Notes: a model not told the origin generated them from the sequence alone. DNA of 64,000 nucleotides from an uncultured Actinomycetes bacterium (GCA_963704725.1 OY969934.1:1152001-1216000); one strand, 5' to 3'. Positions 50,505-60,103 are shown, counted from the stretch's first letter. A program made the numbers and translations.

Positions 50505-51985
50505 CCCTCGAGCGCGAGAGCAAGCTCCAAGCGCCCCCCGCCTTCCGGCTGCCCGACCTGGGGGGTGACGGACTCGTCGTGGCCGAGCGGGAGCCCCGGC
50601 GGATGGTGACCGTCTATCTGGACACCCCGGACCTGCGGATCGCGCGGTGGGGATGCAGCCTGCGGCACCGCGGGGGTGAGGGGTGGACGGTGAAGCTCCC
50701 GCCGGTCGAGGAGGGCGCCCTGTTCGTGCGGGCCGAGCACGTCTTCCCGGGCGAGGACCCCCGGAAGCTCCCGGTCGCCGCGGCCGACCTGCTGCGCGCG
50801 TACGTTCGGGGCGGCGACCTCGCCCCGGTCGTCCGGCTCCAGACCCTTCGGCGCGGCGTCGAGGTGCTCGACGAGCTCCGCCGGCCGCTCGCGACCGTCA
50901 CGGACGACGAGGTGTCGGTCATGGACGGACGACGGGTCGCCACGCGGTTCCGGGAGATCGAGGTCGAGCTCGACCCCGGCGCCCCGGCCGACGTCGCCGA
51001 CGCCCTGCTCTCGCGCCTGCGGGAGGCGGGAGCGGGCGCCGTGGACAACGTCCCCAAGCTCGTGCGGGCGCTCGGCGCGCGGGCCTCGGCCCCGCCCGAG
51101 CTCGCCGTTCCCGAGGTCGATGCGGATTCCACGGTCGGCGACGTCGTGCGGCGGGCCGTCTCGGCGTCCGTGGTCCGGCTGCTCCGGCACGACGCCGGCG
51201 TCCGCCTCGGCGAGGACCCCGAGGCGGTGCACCAGGCGCGCGTGGCCACCCGGCGGATCCGATCGGACCTGCGGGCGTTCCGCGACGTCGTCGAGCCGTC
51301 CTGGTCGATCCCGCTCCGGGAGGAGCTCCGGTGGCTGGGCGGCGAGCTCGGCGCCGTGCGCGACGCGGAGGTCCTGCGGGACCGGCTCCGCGGCCGCGAG
51401 GAGCGGCTGGCGCCCGTCGATCGCCGCGGCGCCGAGCGGCTCCTGGCCGGGCTGGACGCGCGACGGGACGAGGCTCGCGAGCACCTCCTGGCCTCGATGC
51501 GCGAGCCGCGATACGTGGCCCTCCTCGACGCGCTCGTCGAGGCGGCCGCCCGGCCGGCGATCCCCGAGGAGCTGGCGGCCGCGCCGGCGGCGACCGCCCT
51601 GCGGCCCACGCTCGAGGGTCCCTGGAAGCACCTCGAGACGGCGATCGGCCGTGTTCGGGAGGATCCGTCGGACGAGGCCCTGCACGCGGCGAGGATCCGG
51701 GCCAAGCGGGTCCGGTACGCGTCGGAGGCCGTCGCGCCCGTGTTCGGGAAGCGGGCCAGGGCGTTCGCCGAGTCGGCCGTGGGGTTGCAGGACGTGCTTG
51801 GCGAGCACCAGGACGCCGTCGTCGCCGCGGCGTGGCTCCGGGAGGCGGCGAAGCGATCGGCCGCGCTGGCGTTCGTGGCCGGCCAGCTCGTCGCGATCGA
51901 AGCCGACGCCGCCCGCGCCTCGCGTGCGGCGTGGCCGGGCGCGTGGAAGTCCGTGTCCCGCAAGAAGATCCGCTTCTGGTCGTGA
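50501..51985 (+). CDS. CYTH + CHAD domain protein
   Basis: ERESK (ExExK), EIEVE; HQARVATRR.RS, VRD.EV, LH..RI.AKR.RY, LQD.LGEHQD. Confidence 0.92.
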   Translation: MTLERESKLQAPPAFRLPDLGGDGLVVAEREPRRMVTVYLDTPDLRIARWGCSLRHRGGEGWTVKLPPVEEGALFVRAEHVFPGEDPRKLPVAAADLLRAYVRGGDLAPVVRLQTLRRGVEVLDELRRPLATVTDDEVSVMDGRRVATRFREIEVELDPGAPADVADALLSRLREAGAGAVDNVPKLVRALGARASAPPELAVPEVDADSTVGDVVRRAVSASVVRLLRHDAGVRLGEDPEAVHQARVATRRIRSDLRAFRDVVEPSWSIPLREELRWLGGELGAVRDAEVLRDRLRGREERLAPVDRRGAERLLAGLDARRDEAREHLLASMREPRYVALLDALVEAAARPAIPEELAAAPAATALRPTLEGPWKHLETAIGRVREDPSDEALHAARIRAKRVRYASEAVAPVFGKRARAFAESAVGLQDVLGEHQDAVVAAAWLREAAKRSAALAFVAGQLVAIEADAARASRAAWPGAWKSVSRKKIRFWS

Positions 51986-52854
51986 GCTCCTTCCCCACCG
52001 TCCGGGCCGCCGGAGGACTCGTCCTCCGCGGCGACGCAGAGGCGCGGGAGGTCGCCGTCGTGCACCGGCCCAAGTACGACGACTGGAGCTTCCCCAAGGG
52101 CAAGCTCCTGGACGGCGAGCCCGAGGAGGTGGCGGCGCTCCGCGAGGTGCAGGAGGAGACCGGGCTTCGATGCCGCCTCGGGGCGCCGGTCGGTGCGGTG
52201 ACCTACGCCGACCGCAACGGGCGGCCCAAGATCGTCCGCTACTGGGTGATGACGCCGGAGGGGGGAGCGTTCGAGCCCGGCGACGAGGTCGACGAGCTCC
52301 GCTGGATGCGGCTGGACGAGGCCGAGGGCATCCTGACCTATCGGCACGACCGGGACCTGCTGCAGGCCGTGATCGTGCCGGGGACGCAGCCGCCGATCTA
52401 CGTCGTGCGTCACGCCAAGGCCGGCCTGCGGACCAGATGGAGCGGTCCGGACGAGGCGCGTCCGCTCACGCGGCGAGGCCGGCGCCAGGCGCGGCGCCTC
52501 GTCGAGCGGTTCCGCGGGCTCGACATCGACCGGATCGTCTCGAGCCCGTTCGATCGGTGCGTCCAATCGGTCGAGCCGCTGGCGAGGGCGCGCGGGCTGG
52601 AGCTCGAGACGGCGCCGGAGCTCGGCGAGGGCCGCGAGCTCGAGGCGGCGGTCGCGCTGATCCGCTCGCTGCCGCCGATGTCGACGGTGATCTGCGGACA
52701 CGGACGAGAGATCGAGGGCCTGGTGCGGACGTTCGAGGGCGGCGGGGCCGAGGTGGAGGGCCGGCGCGGCATCGCCAAGGGGTCCGTGTGGGTGCTCGAG
52801 CGACGCGACGGACGCGTGACCTCGGCCCGTTACCTTCCCGCGCCGCCGGGATGA
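51982..52854 (+). CDS. NUDIX + histidine phosphatase fusion (MutT1-like)
   Basis: HRPKYDDWSFPKGK....E....A.REVQEETG; VRHAKAG, SSP..RC.Q. Confidence 0.9.
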   Translation: MSSFPTVRAAGGLVLRGDAEAREVAVVHRPKYDDWSFPKGKLLDGEPEEVAALREVQEETGLRCRLGAPVGAVTYADRNGRPKIVRYWVMTPEGGAFEPGDEVDELRWMRLDEAEGILTYRHDRDLLQAVIVPGTQPPIYVVRHAKAGLRTRWSGPDEARPLTRRGRRQARRLVERFRGLDIDRIVSSPFDRCVQSVEPLARARGLELETAPELGEGRELEAAVALIRSLPPMSTVICGHGREIEGLVRTFEGGGAEVEGRRGIAKGSVWVLERRDGRVTSARYLPAPPG

Positions 52855-54413
52855 GCCCCGAGCAGGGCGCCGTCCGCGCGCCGCGGCTCGCGGTCCTCGA
52901 CCTCGGCAGCACGACCTTCCAGCTCCTGGTGGCCGACGCCGGTCCGGACGGCTCGCTCACCCCGGTGCTCCGCGACCGGGTCGTCACGAACCTCGGCCTG
53001 GTGCTCGCCGGGCGGGGCCGGATCCCCACCGACGTGGCAGAGCGGGCGGCCGAGACCGCCCGGTGGCTGAACGGCATCGCCGTCCGCACCGGCGCCGAAC
53101 GGGTTCTGCCCATCGCCACGAGCGCGCTGCGGGACAGCCCCAACCGCAAGGAGCTCGCGACGCTCCTGCACGACGCCGTGGGCCGGCGCGTCCGGTTCAT
53201 CGACGGACGGGAGGAGGCCCGTCTCACCTACACCGGCGTCGCGGCGAGCGTGGCGATCGGCGCCGGATCGACCCTGCTGCTCGATCTCGGAGGCGGCAGC
53301 CTCGAGGTCGCGCTGGCCGACGAGGGAGGCCTGCGGTGGGGGACCAGCCTTCCCGTCGGCGCCGGGCGCCTCACCGGGCAGCTCGTTCGGCACGACCCGC
53401 CCACCCGCGCCGAGCGCAAGCAGATCCGCACGGCCGTCGAGGACGCCGTCTCGCGCATCGCCGGCGACGTCGAGGCGGCGCGGCCGCGCCGGTGCATCGC
53501 GAGCGGCGGCACGGCCGGGGCACTGGCGAGGTTGATCTCGGCGCGCCGGTGGCCTTCCCCGCCCGCGTCCCTGAACCAGTTCGTCGTGACGGTCGAGGAG
53601 CTGCGCGAGCTCACCCGGGAGCTCTCGGGGCTCACGCTCGCCGAGCGCCTCCGCCTGCCGGGCATCGACGAGCGCCGGGCCGAGCTGCTGCCCGCCGGAG
53701 GATGGATCCTCACCGCCGCGGCCGGTGCGCTCGGCGCGTCCGAGCTCGTCCACTCGGAGTGGGGGCTGCGCGAGGGCGCCGTCCTGAACGAGCTGGGACT
53801 GGCCGATCGGCCCGCGCCCGACCCCTCGGACCTGCGGCGGCGCTCCGTGCAGCGGCTCGTCCGGGCGTGGGGCGAGGACCCGGCGCACGTCGGGCTCGTG
53901 GCCCGGATCGCCGGCCGGCTGTTCGACGAGACCGCAGACCTCCACCGGCTCGGCCCGGTAGAGCGCGGATGGCTGGAGCACGCCGCGTGGCTCCACGAGA
54001 TCGGCACCACCATCTCGCCGGCCCGCTTCCACAAGCACGGGGCCTACCTGGTCGAGCACGGCGGGCTCCGCGGCTTCGCGCCGCACGAGATCGCGGCGAT
54101 CGCGTCCATCGTGCGGTTCCAGCGCGGCAAGGACCCCCGGCCCGTCTATCCGGCGTTCGCGGCGCTCACCGACGTCCAGCGCGACGCGTGCATCGCGCTG
54201 ACCGGGATGCTGCGGCTCGCGCACGCGATCGCGCGGGGTCCGGAGGACGAGGCCCTCGACGTCTCGGTGAAGGCCCGGGACGGCCGGCTGCGGATCCGGG
54301 TCCGCGGCTCGACGAACCCGGACGCCGCGGTGTCGGAGGCCCGGCTCTCGGCGGCGCTGCTCGAGCGCGCGCTCGATCGCGACGCGGAGATCGAGGCCGC
54401 TCCCACGGTCTAG
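52851..54413 (+). CDS. ppx: Ppx/GppA exopolyphosphatase with HD-like C-terminus
   Basis: DLGSTTF, ATSALRD, G.EEARL, DLGGGSLE, GLREG, LHEIG. Confidence 0.9.
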   Translation: MSPEQGAVRAPRLAVLDLGSTTFQLLVADAGPDGSLTPVLRDRVVTNLGLVLAGRGRIPTDVAERAAETARWLNGIAVRTGAERVLPIATSALRDSPNRKELATLLHDAVGRRVRFIDGREEARLTYTGVAASVAIGAGSTLLLDLGGGSLEVALADEGGLRWGTSLPVGAGRLTGQLVRHDPPTRAERKQIRTAVEDAVSRIAGDVEAARPRRCIASGGTAGALARLISARRWPSPPASLNQFVVTVEELRELTRELSGLTLAERLRLPGIDERRAELLPAGGWILTAAAGALGASELVHSEWGLREGAVLNELGLADRPAPDPSDLRRRSVQRLVRAWGEDPAHVGLVARIAGRLFDETADLHRLGPVERGWLEHAAWLHEIGTTISPARFHKHGAYLVEHGGLRGFAPHEIAAIASIVRFQRGKDPRPVYPAFAALTDVQRDACIALTGMLRLAHAIARGPEDEALDVSVKARDGRLRIRVRGSTNPDAAVSEARLSAALLERALDRDAEIEAAPTV

Positions 54414-55183
54414 CTCTCCTCGGGGCCGAGGTCGGAGATCCAGCTTGCGATCTGCGTGGTGCGCGCGAACGCGATCGATTCGTACAGGCGGGCGGCGGGG
54501 CCGTCGGGTTCGGCGAGCAGGTACGTGCGCTCGGCGCCCGCGGCGGCGGCCTCGGCCACGGCGCGAAGGGTCAGGGCGCGGGCGAACCCCCGCCGGCGCG
54601 ACCGGGGGAACGTGACGACGTGGTCCACGTATCCCACGCCCTCCAGGACGAGGAGGGCGGCGAGCGCCTCGAGCCCGGCCTCGCCGCGCACGCCGAACCA
54701 GCGACGGCCGGCCGGGACGAGGACGTCGCGCTCGATCGCCTGGAGCTGGTCCACGACCCGTGGGTCCGTGACGTCGAACCACCGCAGCGACTCCCGGTGC
54801 GCGCCCCAGAAGGCGTCGTCGAGCGGGTCGAGCTCGGCCGCCGCGCCTTCGCCGGGGTCGGCGCCGCCCCGATGCTCCATCACCAGGTCCCACACGAGCC
54901 GCTCGCCGCGCGAGCTGGCCTCGACGAGGAGCTCGGTCTGCCGCTCCGGCAAGAACACCACGACGTGGGCCCGGCGGCAGCGGGCGCGCCGCATCCCCGG
55001 CACCAGCAGCTCCTCGACCTCGGACAGCCGGACGGCCTGCGCCGTCTCCACCCGGGCGTAGTTCGGCTCCTGGATGCTCGGGTAGCGGGGGTCGGAGACG
55101 ACGGCGCCCCACCACGACTGCTCGACGCGGTCGAACAGATCGTCCTGCGCCCGCCAGAAGCGCATCAGCGGCTCGAGATCCAC
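54410..55183 (-). CDS. GNAT family acetyltransferase
   Basis: VVTFPRSRRRGFA, AARLYESIAF. Confidence 0.8.
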   Translation of the reverse strand: MDLEPLMRFWRAQDDLFDRVEQSWWGAVVSDPRYPSIQEPNYARVETAQAVRLSEVEELLVPGMRRARCRRAHVVVFLPERQTELLVEASSRGERLVWDLVMEHRGGADPGEGAAAELDPLDDAFWGAHRESLRWFDVTDPRVVDQLQAIERDVLVPAGRRWFGVRGEAGLEALAALLVLEGVGYVDHVVTFPRSRRRGFARALTLRAVAEAAAAGAERTYLLAEPDGPAARLYESIAFARTTQIASWISDLGPEES

Positions 55184-55252
55184 GGCCCGTCATGTTCGCA
55201 GGACGCCGGGGCGGGAGTCCCCGCCCCCCGCCTGCGCTAGGCTCCGGCCGCC

Positions 55253-56224
55253 GTGATCACGAGCCGCGTGTACCGGGGCGGCAAGCTCGAGGAGGAGTCG
55301 GGGTTCGACCCCTCGGCGTTCGAGGCGTGCCGGGCCTCGGGCGAGCATCGCATGTGGATCGACGTCGTCGAACCCTCCGAGGAGGAGCTCGCCCTGCTCC
55401 AGGGCACGCTCGGGCTCCACGAGCTCTCGGTCGAGGACAGCCGTCGCTGGGGTCAGCGCCCCAAGGTCGAGTTCTACCCCGACTACGTCTTCGTCGTCCT
55501 GCACAGCCTGCGGATGCAGGACGACGACGACCTGGTCGACTCCGAGCTCCACCTGTTCGCGGGCCAGAAGTTCTACCTGCTCACGATCCGCCGACGGCCG
55601 CTGTTCGACTTCGAGCAGGCGGTGACGCGGGCCGGACGGGACACGGGCATCGTCCACGAGGGGATCGGGTTCCAGCTCTACCTGCTGCTCGACGAGGTCG
55701 TCGACGGATACCTCGACGTCATCGACCGGCTCGAGGACCTGTCCGACGACGTCGAGGAGCGGGTGTTCCGCGAGGAGGAGGCCGACGAGCTGCAGGAGCA
55801 GGTGTTCCGGCTCAAGCGCAAGGTCGTCCGCTTCCGGCGCGCCGTCGCTCCGATGCGCGAGGTGCTCGACCTGGTCGCCGAGCAGGGCGACGTTGTCACA
55901 CCGCAGCTCGCCCCGTACTACCGCGACGTCCAGGACCATGTGATCCGGGCGATCGAGCTCACCGACAACATCCGCGAGCTCCTCACCTCGGCGCTCGAGA
56001 CGCGGCTCGTCCAGACGTCGAACCGCCTCAACGTGGTGATGAAGCACCTGTCCGGATGGGCCGCGATCATCCTCGTCCCCACGCTGATCGCGGGCATCTA
56101 CGGCATGAACTTCGGCCACATGCCCGAGCTCGACTGGAGGCTCGGGTACCCGTTCGCGCTCGCGATGATGGTCGTCTCGGCGGTCGTGCTGTACCGCGTC
56201 TTCAAGAAGCGGGACTGGCTGTAG
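55253..56224 (+). CDS. corA: Mg/Co transporter CorA
   Basis: LH.L.VED...QRPKVE.Y, YYRDVQDH, IYGMNF.HMPEL. Confidence 0.95.
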   Translation: MITSRVYRGGKLEEESGFDPSAFEACRASGEHRMWIDVVEPSEEELALLQGTLGLHELSVEDSRRWGQRPKVEFYPDYVFVVLHSLRMQDDDDLVDSELHLFAGQKFYLLTIRRRPLFDFEQAVTRAGRDTGIVHEGIGFQLYLLLDEVVDGYLDVIDRLEDLSDDVEERVFREEEADELQEQVFRLKRKVVRFRRAVAPMREVLDLVAEQGDVVTPQLAPYYRDVQDHVIRAIELTDNIRELLTSALETRLVQTSNRLNVVMKHLSGWAAIILVPTLIAGIYGMNFGHMPELDWRLGYPFALAMMVVSAVVLYRVFKKRDWL

Positions 56225-56226
56225 CG

Positions 56227-56556
56227 GTGTGCCGGGCGCTCAAGGTGCTGTGTGTGGCGGAGGACGCCGCGTTGCTCGCGGCGCTGAAGCGCGCCGCGGT
56301 GTCGGCGGGGTGGGAGCTCACGCCGGGGGCCGCCTCCGAGGGGGAGGCGCTCCGCCAGCTCCACGAGGAGCGCCCGCTGGTCGTGGTGGTGTTCGGGGCG
56401 TTCGAGGCGTTCGTGGGCACGGCCCTGGACGCCTATCCCAACCTCCGCGTCGTGGCGGACCGGGACCTGCCCGGGGCGAGCGCCGTCGTGGGGTCGCTCG
56501 AGGACGTCCGGGACGCCGTCGTCTCGCGCCCGCGCCCGGGCGGTCCGGTCCGCTGA
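56227..56556 (+). CDS. Small degenerate receiver-like protein
   Basis: LKVLCVAED...EAL.QL...RP.VVVV; alternating beta/alpha pattern; starts 2 nt after corA. Confidence 0.55.
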   Translation: MCRALKVLCVAEDAALLAALKRAAVSAGWELTPGAASEGEALRQLHEERPLVVVVFGAFEAFVGTALDAYPNLRVVADRDLPGASAVVGSLEDVRDAVVSRPRPGGPVR

Positions 56557-56566
56557 TCGGGTTCCC

Positions 56567-57007
56567 TCAGGCGCACCCGGCCCAGGCGCTCCACGACCCC
56601 GAGGCGGCCGCCATGCGGATCGACACGATGGCGTTGGCGCGGCCGTTGAACACCGATCGGTCGGGCTGGCCCCAGCGGTCGGCGCGATCGGGCCAGTACG
56701 GCTGCGCCTGCTGGAAGAGCCCCGCGTACCCGTTGGGGTTGTAGGCCTCGGGTCGGAGCTCCGACTCGCACGCCGCGACGGCGACCGCGTGCGCCGGACT
56801 CCCGGGGCTGTCCCACCGGGCCGCCACGCATCGGATCAGCTGCTTGATCTGCCAGGTGCCCCGCCGCCAGTCGTAGTCGCAGACCCTGCCGGGGACCCGA
56901 GGCGCGGCGCCGGCCGTCCCGATCGTCGCCGGGAACAGGAGCGCCGCGATGAGCGCCGCGAGCAGCGCGCGGCGGATGTGGATGGCTCGAACCATGATGC
57001 GTCTCAC
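56567..57007 (-). CDS. Secreted lysozyme-fold/lytic-transglycosylase-like protein
   Basis: Signal peptide (AGA|AP); VAACES...P.A.N....AGLFQ....W; W.AW. Confidence 0.75.
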   Translation of the reverse strand: MRRIMVRAIHIRRALLAALIAALLFPATIGTAGAAPRVPGRVCDYDWRRGTWQIKQLIRCVAARWDSPGSPAHAVAVAACESELRPEAYNPNGYAGLFQQAQPYWPDRADRWGQPDRSVFNGRANAIVSIRMAAASGSWSAWAGCA

Positions 57008-57045
57008 CCCCGCGATGGGCTCCGGCCGGCTGCCGGGCCCGCGCC

Positions 57046-57246
57046 GGTCCGGCGTGCGCCGGACCCGCTCGCGTCAGGTCGTGGGTGCCCGATCACCTCC
57101 TTCGGTCTCGGTGGCTGGATCGACCTGTTGACGCGCGCGACGCGCCCGGCCCGCTCCGACTCCCTCCGGGCGCTCGGTCCGTCGCCGGACGCGCAGGACC
57201 AAGCGTGGAGGGGGAGGGAGGATCGGGCCGAACGCCCGTTCGCGTC
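57046..57246 (-). ncRNA. Candidate structured ncRNA or 5' leader
   Basis: TAGGGT -10 at 57258-57253; three consecutive stem-loops (57246-57139, 57135-57070, 57065-57046); no convincing ORF. Confidence 0.55.
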
Positions 57247-57348
57247 CCGACGACCCTAGCGGGCGCCGGTGACGATCGGCAATGCACTCCCGTGCAACGT
57301 GTTCGAGTCGGTCGGCGGGCTCCCGGCGGCGCCTCGTACGATGGGGTG

Positions 57349-58269
57349 GTGGCACACAAGGTCCTGCTGGCGGCCCCGCGCGGCTACTGCGCCGGCGTCG
57401 AGCGCGCCGTGGACGCCGTCGAGCGCGCCCTCCTCGCGCACGGCGCGCCCGTGTACGTGCGCAAGCAGATCGTGCACAACGCCCACGTCGTCCGGGACCT
57501 CGAGGCCAAGGGCGCGGTGTTCGTGGACGCGGAGTCCGAGGTGCCGGAGGGCGCGGTGGTGGTGCTGTCCGCGCACGGGGTGGCGCCCGAGGTCTACGAG
57601 AACGCCCGGGCCCGCCGGCTCACCGTGCTCGACGCCACCTGTCCGCTCGTGACGAAGGTGCATCTCGAGGCCCGCCGGTTCGCCGGCGACGCGCGGACGA
57701 TCGTGCTCATCGGCCACGCCGGGCACGAGGAGGTCGTCGGGACGACGGGCCAGGCGCCCGACCGGACGGTCCTCGTGCAGACCGTCGCCGAGGCCCGGAC
57801 GGTCGAGGTCCCCGACCCCGATCGCCTGTCCTACCTGACGCAGACGACCCTGTCGGTGGACGAGACCGACGAGATCATCGCCGCCCTCCGCGAGCGCTTC
57901 CCGGCCATCCAGAGCCCGCCCCGAGAGGACATCTGCTACGCCACCCAGAACCGCCAGGACGCGGTGAAGGAGGTGGCCCGGCGCTCCGACGTCGTCCTGG
58001 TGATCGGCTCGGACAACTCGTCGAACTCGAATCGGCTGGCCGAGGTGGCCCGCGAGCTCGGCACGCCGGCCCATCTCGTGGACGACGAGACCGAGGTCGA
58101 CCCGGCGTGGCTCGACGGCGTCGAGGTGGTCGGCCTCACCTCCGGGGCCAGCGCCCCCGACTGGCTGGTCGAGCGGATGCTCGGGTGGCTGGCCTCGCTC
58201 GGCGCGACGGAGGTCGAAGAGGTCCGCCTGGCCGAGGAGCATCTGCGCTTCTCGGACGTGCGCCTGTAG
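57349..58269 (+). CDS. ispH: 4-hydroxy-3-methylbut-2-enyl diphosphate reductase
   Basis: [51 protein letters not shown]. Confidence 0.97.
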   Translation: MAHKVLLAAPRGYCAGVERAVDAVERALLAHGAPVYVRKQIVHNAHVVRDLEAKGAVFVDAESEVPEGAVVVLSAHGVAPEVYENARARRLTVLDATCPLVTKVHLEARRFAGDARTIVLIGHAGHEEVVGTTGQAPDRTVLVQTVAEARTVEVPDPDRLSYLTQTTLSVDETDEIIAALRERFPAIQSPPREDICYATQNRQDAVKEVARRSDVVLVIGSDNSSNSNRLAEVARELGTPAHLVDDETEVDPAWLDGVEVVGLTSGASAPDWLVERMLGWLASLGATEVEEVRLAEEHLRFSDVRL

Positions 58270-58281
58270 CGGGGGGCGAGC

Positions 58282-58842
58282 TCAGCTCCAGGCCGAGAAC
58301 TGGTCGCGGTCCTCGTCGTCGGACGGGAACTGCGGCACGGCGACGAGCGTGTTCGTCGACCGGACCCCCTCGATGCGATGGATCCGATCGAGCACGACCC
58401 GGGCCGTCTCCTCCCATCCCAGGGCGATCTCGGCCAGGATGTCGTGGTCGCCGGCGACGAGCGAGATGCCGGAGATCTCGTCCATCTCCGCCAGGAGCTC
58501 GAAGACGTGACTGCTCGTCCCGGGCTCCGTCCGGATCCGGACGAACGAGGCCTCGCCCGCCCGCTGCATCGGCGCGGCGACGGCAAGCCCGCCTCCCGCG
58601 ATGCCCGACACGTGGGCCGGGACGACCGGCGTGGTCAGCGTCCGCTCCACGCCCTCGATCACGTGGATGGCTCGAAGGATGTGGTACGCGATCCCGGTGA
58701 GATCGGGGCCGTGGACCGAGGCCAGCACGTCCCAGTCGCCGACGACGGTCACCGCGCGGCGCAAGTCCTTCGTGCCGAGCAGCTGGGTGACGACGTCCTC
58801 GACCCGCCCGGGCCTCACCCGCACGTAGACGAAGGCGTCCAC
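58282..58842 (-). CDS. Tandem Lrp/AsnC ligand-binding (RAM) domains without HTH
   Basis: Two units of AFV..R..PG...V.G..D.L....I..IEGV..T.T. Confidence 0.75.
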   Translation of the reverse strand: MDAFVYVRVRPGRVEDVVTQLLGTKDLRRAVTVVGDWDVLASVHGPDLTGIAYHILRAIHVIEGVERTLTTPVVPAHVSGIAGGGLAVAAPMQRAGEASFVRIRTEPGTSSHVFELLAEMDEISGISLVAGDHDILAEIALGWEETARVVLDRIHRIEGVRSTNTLVAVPQFPSDDEDRDQFSAWS

Positions 58843-58909
58843 GTGGCGAGGCTAGGTCCGGGCGGCTTTCGGTGCAAGGACCCGCCCCGCGGCGGCGCGG
58901 CCTCTCCGG

Positions 58910-60103
58910 TCAGCCCTCGAGCGCCGGGGCGGCGATCCGGCACAGCCGCTCGAGCTCCTCGGCGCCCTCCTCGGGTCCGACGGCGATGAGGCGGTCGCCC
59001 GCCCGGAGCTGGAAGGGGCCTCGGGGCCGATAGATCCACCGGGGGCCGCGCTGGACGGCGAGCACGAACATGCCCGTCTCGGTCTCCAGCCGAAGGTCCT
59101 TCAGCGTTCGCCCGTCGGCCTGCGCGCCGCCCTCGACGAGCGTCTCCGCGCTCGTCTCCTCGGTCTCCTCCAGCGCCATCTGCACCACGGGGTGCAGCGG
59201 CTCGCCCTGCTCCACGTACCACGTCATGTCGCGCGCGGCGTCGCACATCGACTCGCTGGCGCTGGCCAGTCGCAGCAGGCCGCGGAGCTCGTCGGGGTGA
59301 CGGGCCTCCGGCGCCGACCGCAGCACCCACGACTCGAGCTCGTCGTGCAGCGCGTCGCTGCGCTCCTCGAGCGCCGCGACCTCGGCGGCGAGCGAGCGGT
59401 TGTTGAACAGCAGCGTCGAGTACGCGAGCCCAACCGCCGCCTCCGACAGGTCCTTGAGCTCGACCAGCAGGTCGACCGCCCGGTCGAGCTCGGACAGGGG
59501 TGGGAGCTCGTCCTCCGGAGGCTCCGGCAGCACCGGAGCGCCGGCGAGCTCCCGGACCAGGTTCACGCCCTCCTCCGGGCCCCGCACCAGCAGGACGTCG
59601 CGCTCGGTGACGACGTCGTCGGGGCCGGGGTCGAACTGCCAGTCGATCCCGCTGCGGATGGCCATCACCCACATGCCGGTTTCGGTGGGCAGCGACAGGT
59701 CGCGCAGCGACTGCCCGATCATCGTGGAGCCCTCGCGAACCTTCACGCGCGCGGTCATCTCGTCGGCGTGGCGGAGGTCCCGGCGCAGCGCGTCCGGGAT
59801 GCCGAGCTTGGCCTCGACGACCCGGCCGATGTCGGACGCCGCGTCGCCGATCTTCTCGATGGCGTCGGCGATCCACAGCACGCCGGCCATGCCCTCGGCG
59901 TCCTCGGGGGAGCGGGCGGCCAGCATGGCCATCATGCGGAGACGGCGGAGGTAGTCGTTCAACCGTTCCTCGAGGCGCTCGACCTCGCGGGCGAGCTTGC
60001 CCTCGTCGAAGAACACGGCCGCGTACGCCAGGTCGACCATCAGCTCGGAGGCGTCCTTGGCTTCGACCAGGAGGTCCTTGACGCTCTTCGGTTGGTCATC
60101 CAT
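58910..60103 (-). CDS. Duplicated PhoU + TrkA_C (RCK_C) protein, COG3273-like
   Basis: KDASELMVDLAYAAV...EKIGDAA, then L.TETGM.V.AI; the whole unit repeats (KDLSEAAVGLAYS...ESMCDAA...LETETGM). Confidence 0.85.
   Translation of the reverse strand: MDDQPKSVKDLLVEAKDASELMVDLAYAAVFFDEGKLAREVERLEERLNDYLRRLRMMAMLAARSPEDAEGMAGVLWIADAIEKIGDAASDIGRVVEAKLGIPDALRRDLRHADEMTARVKVREGSTMIGQSLRDLSLPTETGMWVMAIRSGIDWQFDPGPDDVVTERDVLLVRGPEEGVNLVRELAGAPVLPEPPEDELPPLSELDRAVDLLVELKDLSEAAVGLAYSTLLFNNRSLAAEVAALEERSDALHDELESWVLRSAPEARHPDELRGLLRLASASESMCDAARDMTWYVEQGEPLHPVVQMALEETEETSAETLVEGGAQADGRTLKDLRLETETGMFVLAVQRGPRWIYRPRGPFQLRAGDRLIAVGPEEGAEELERLCRIAAPALEG

Noticed and set aside
51120-52850. N-terminal half of a 1097-aa Ppx fusion
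   Set aside because: It overlaps the CYTH-CHAD and NUDIX genes out of frame; Ppx starts at ATG 52851.
57091-57125. 16S rRNA 3'-end fragment (GATCACCTCCTT; GGCTGGATC)
   Set aside because: Only short matches in the wrong order and no other rRNA sequence; treated as an SD-like element in the candidate RNA.
57010-57260. c-di-AMP (ydaO) riboswitch
   Set aside because: The expected GAAUCC, GGGGAACC and GUCAGCUAAC-type motifs were not found by eye.
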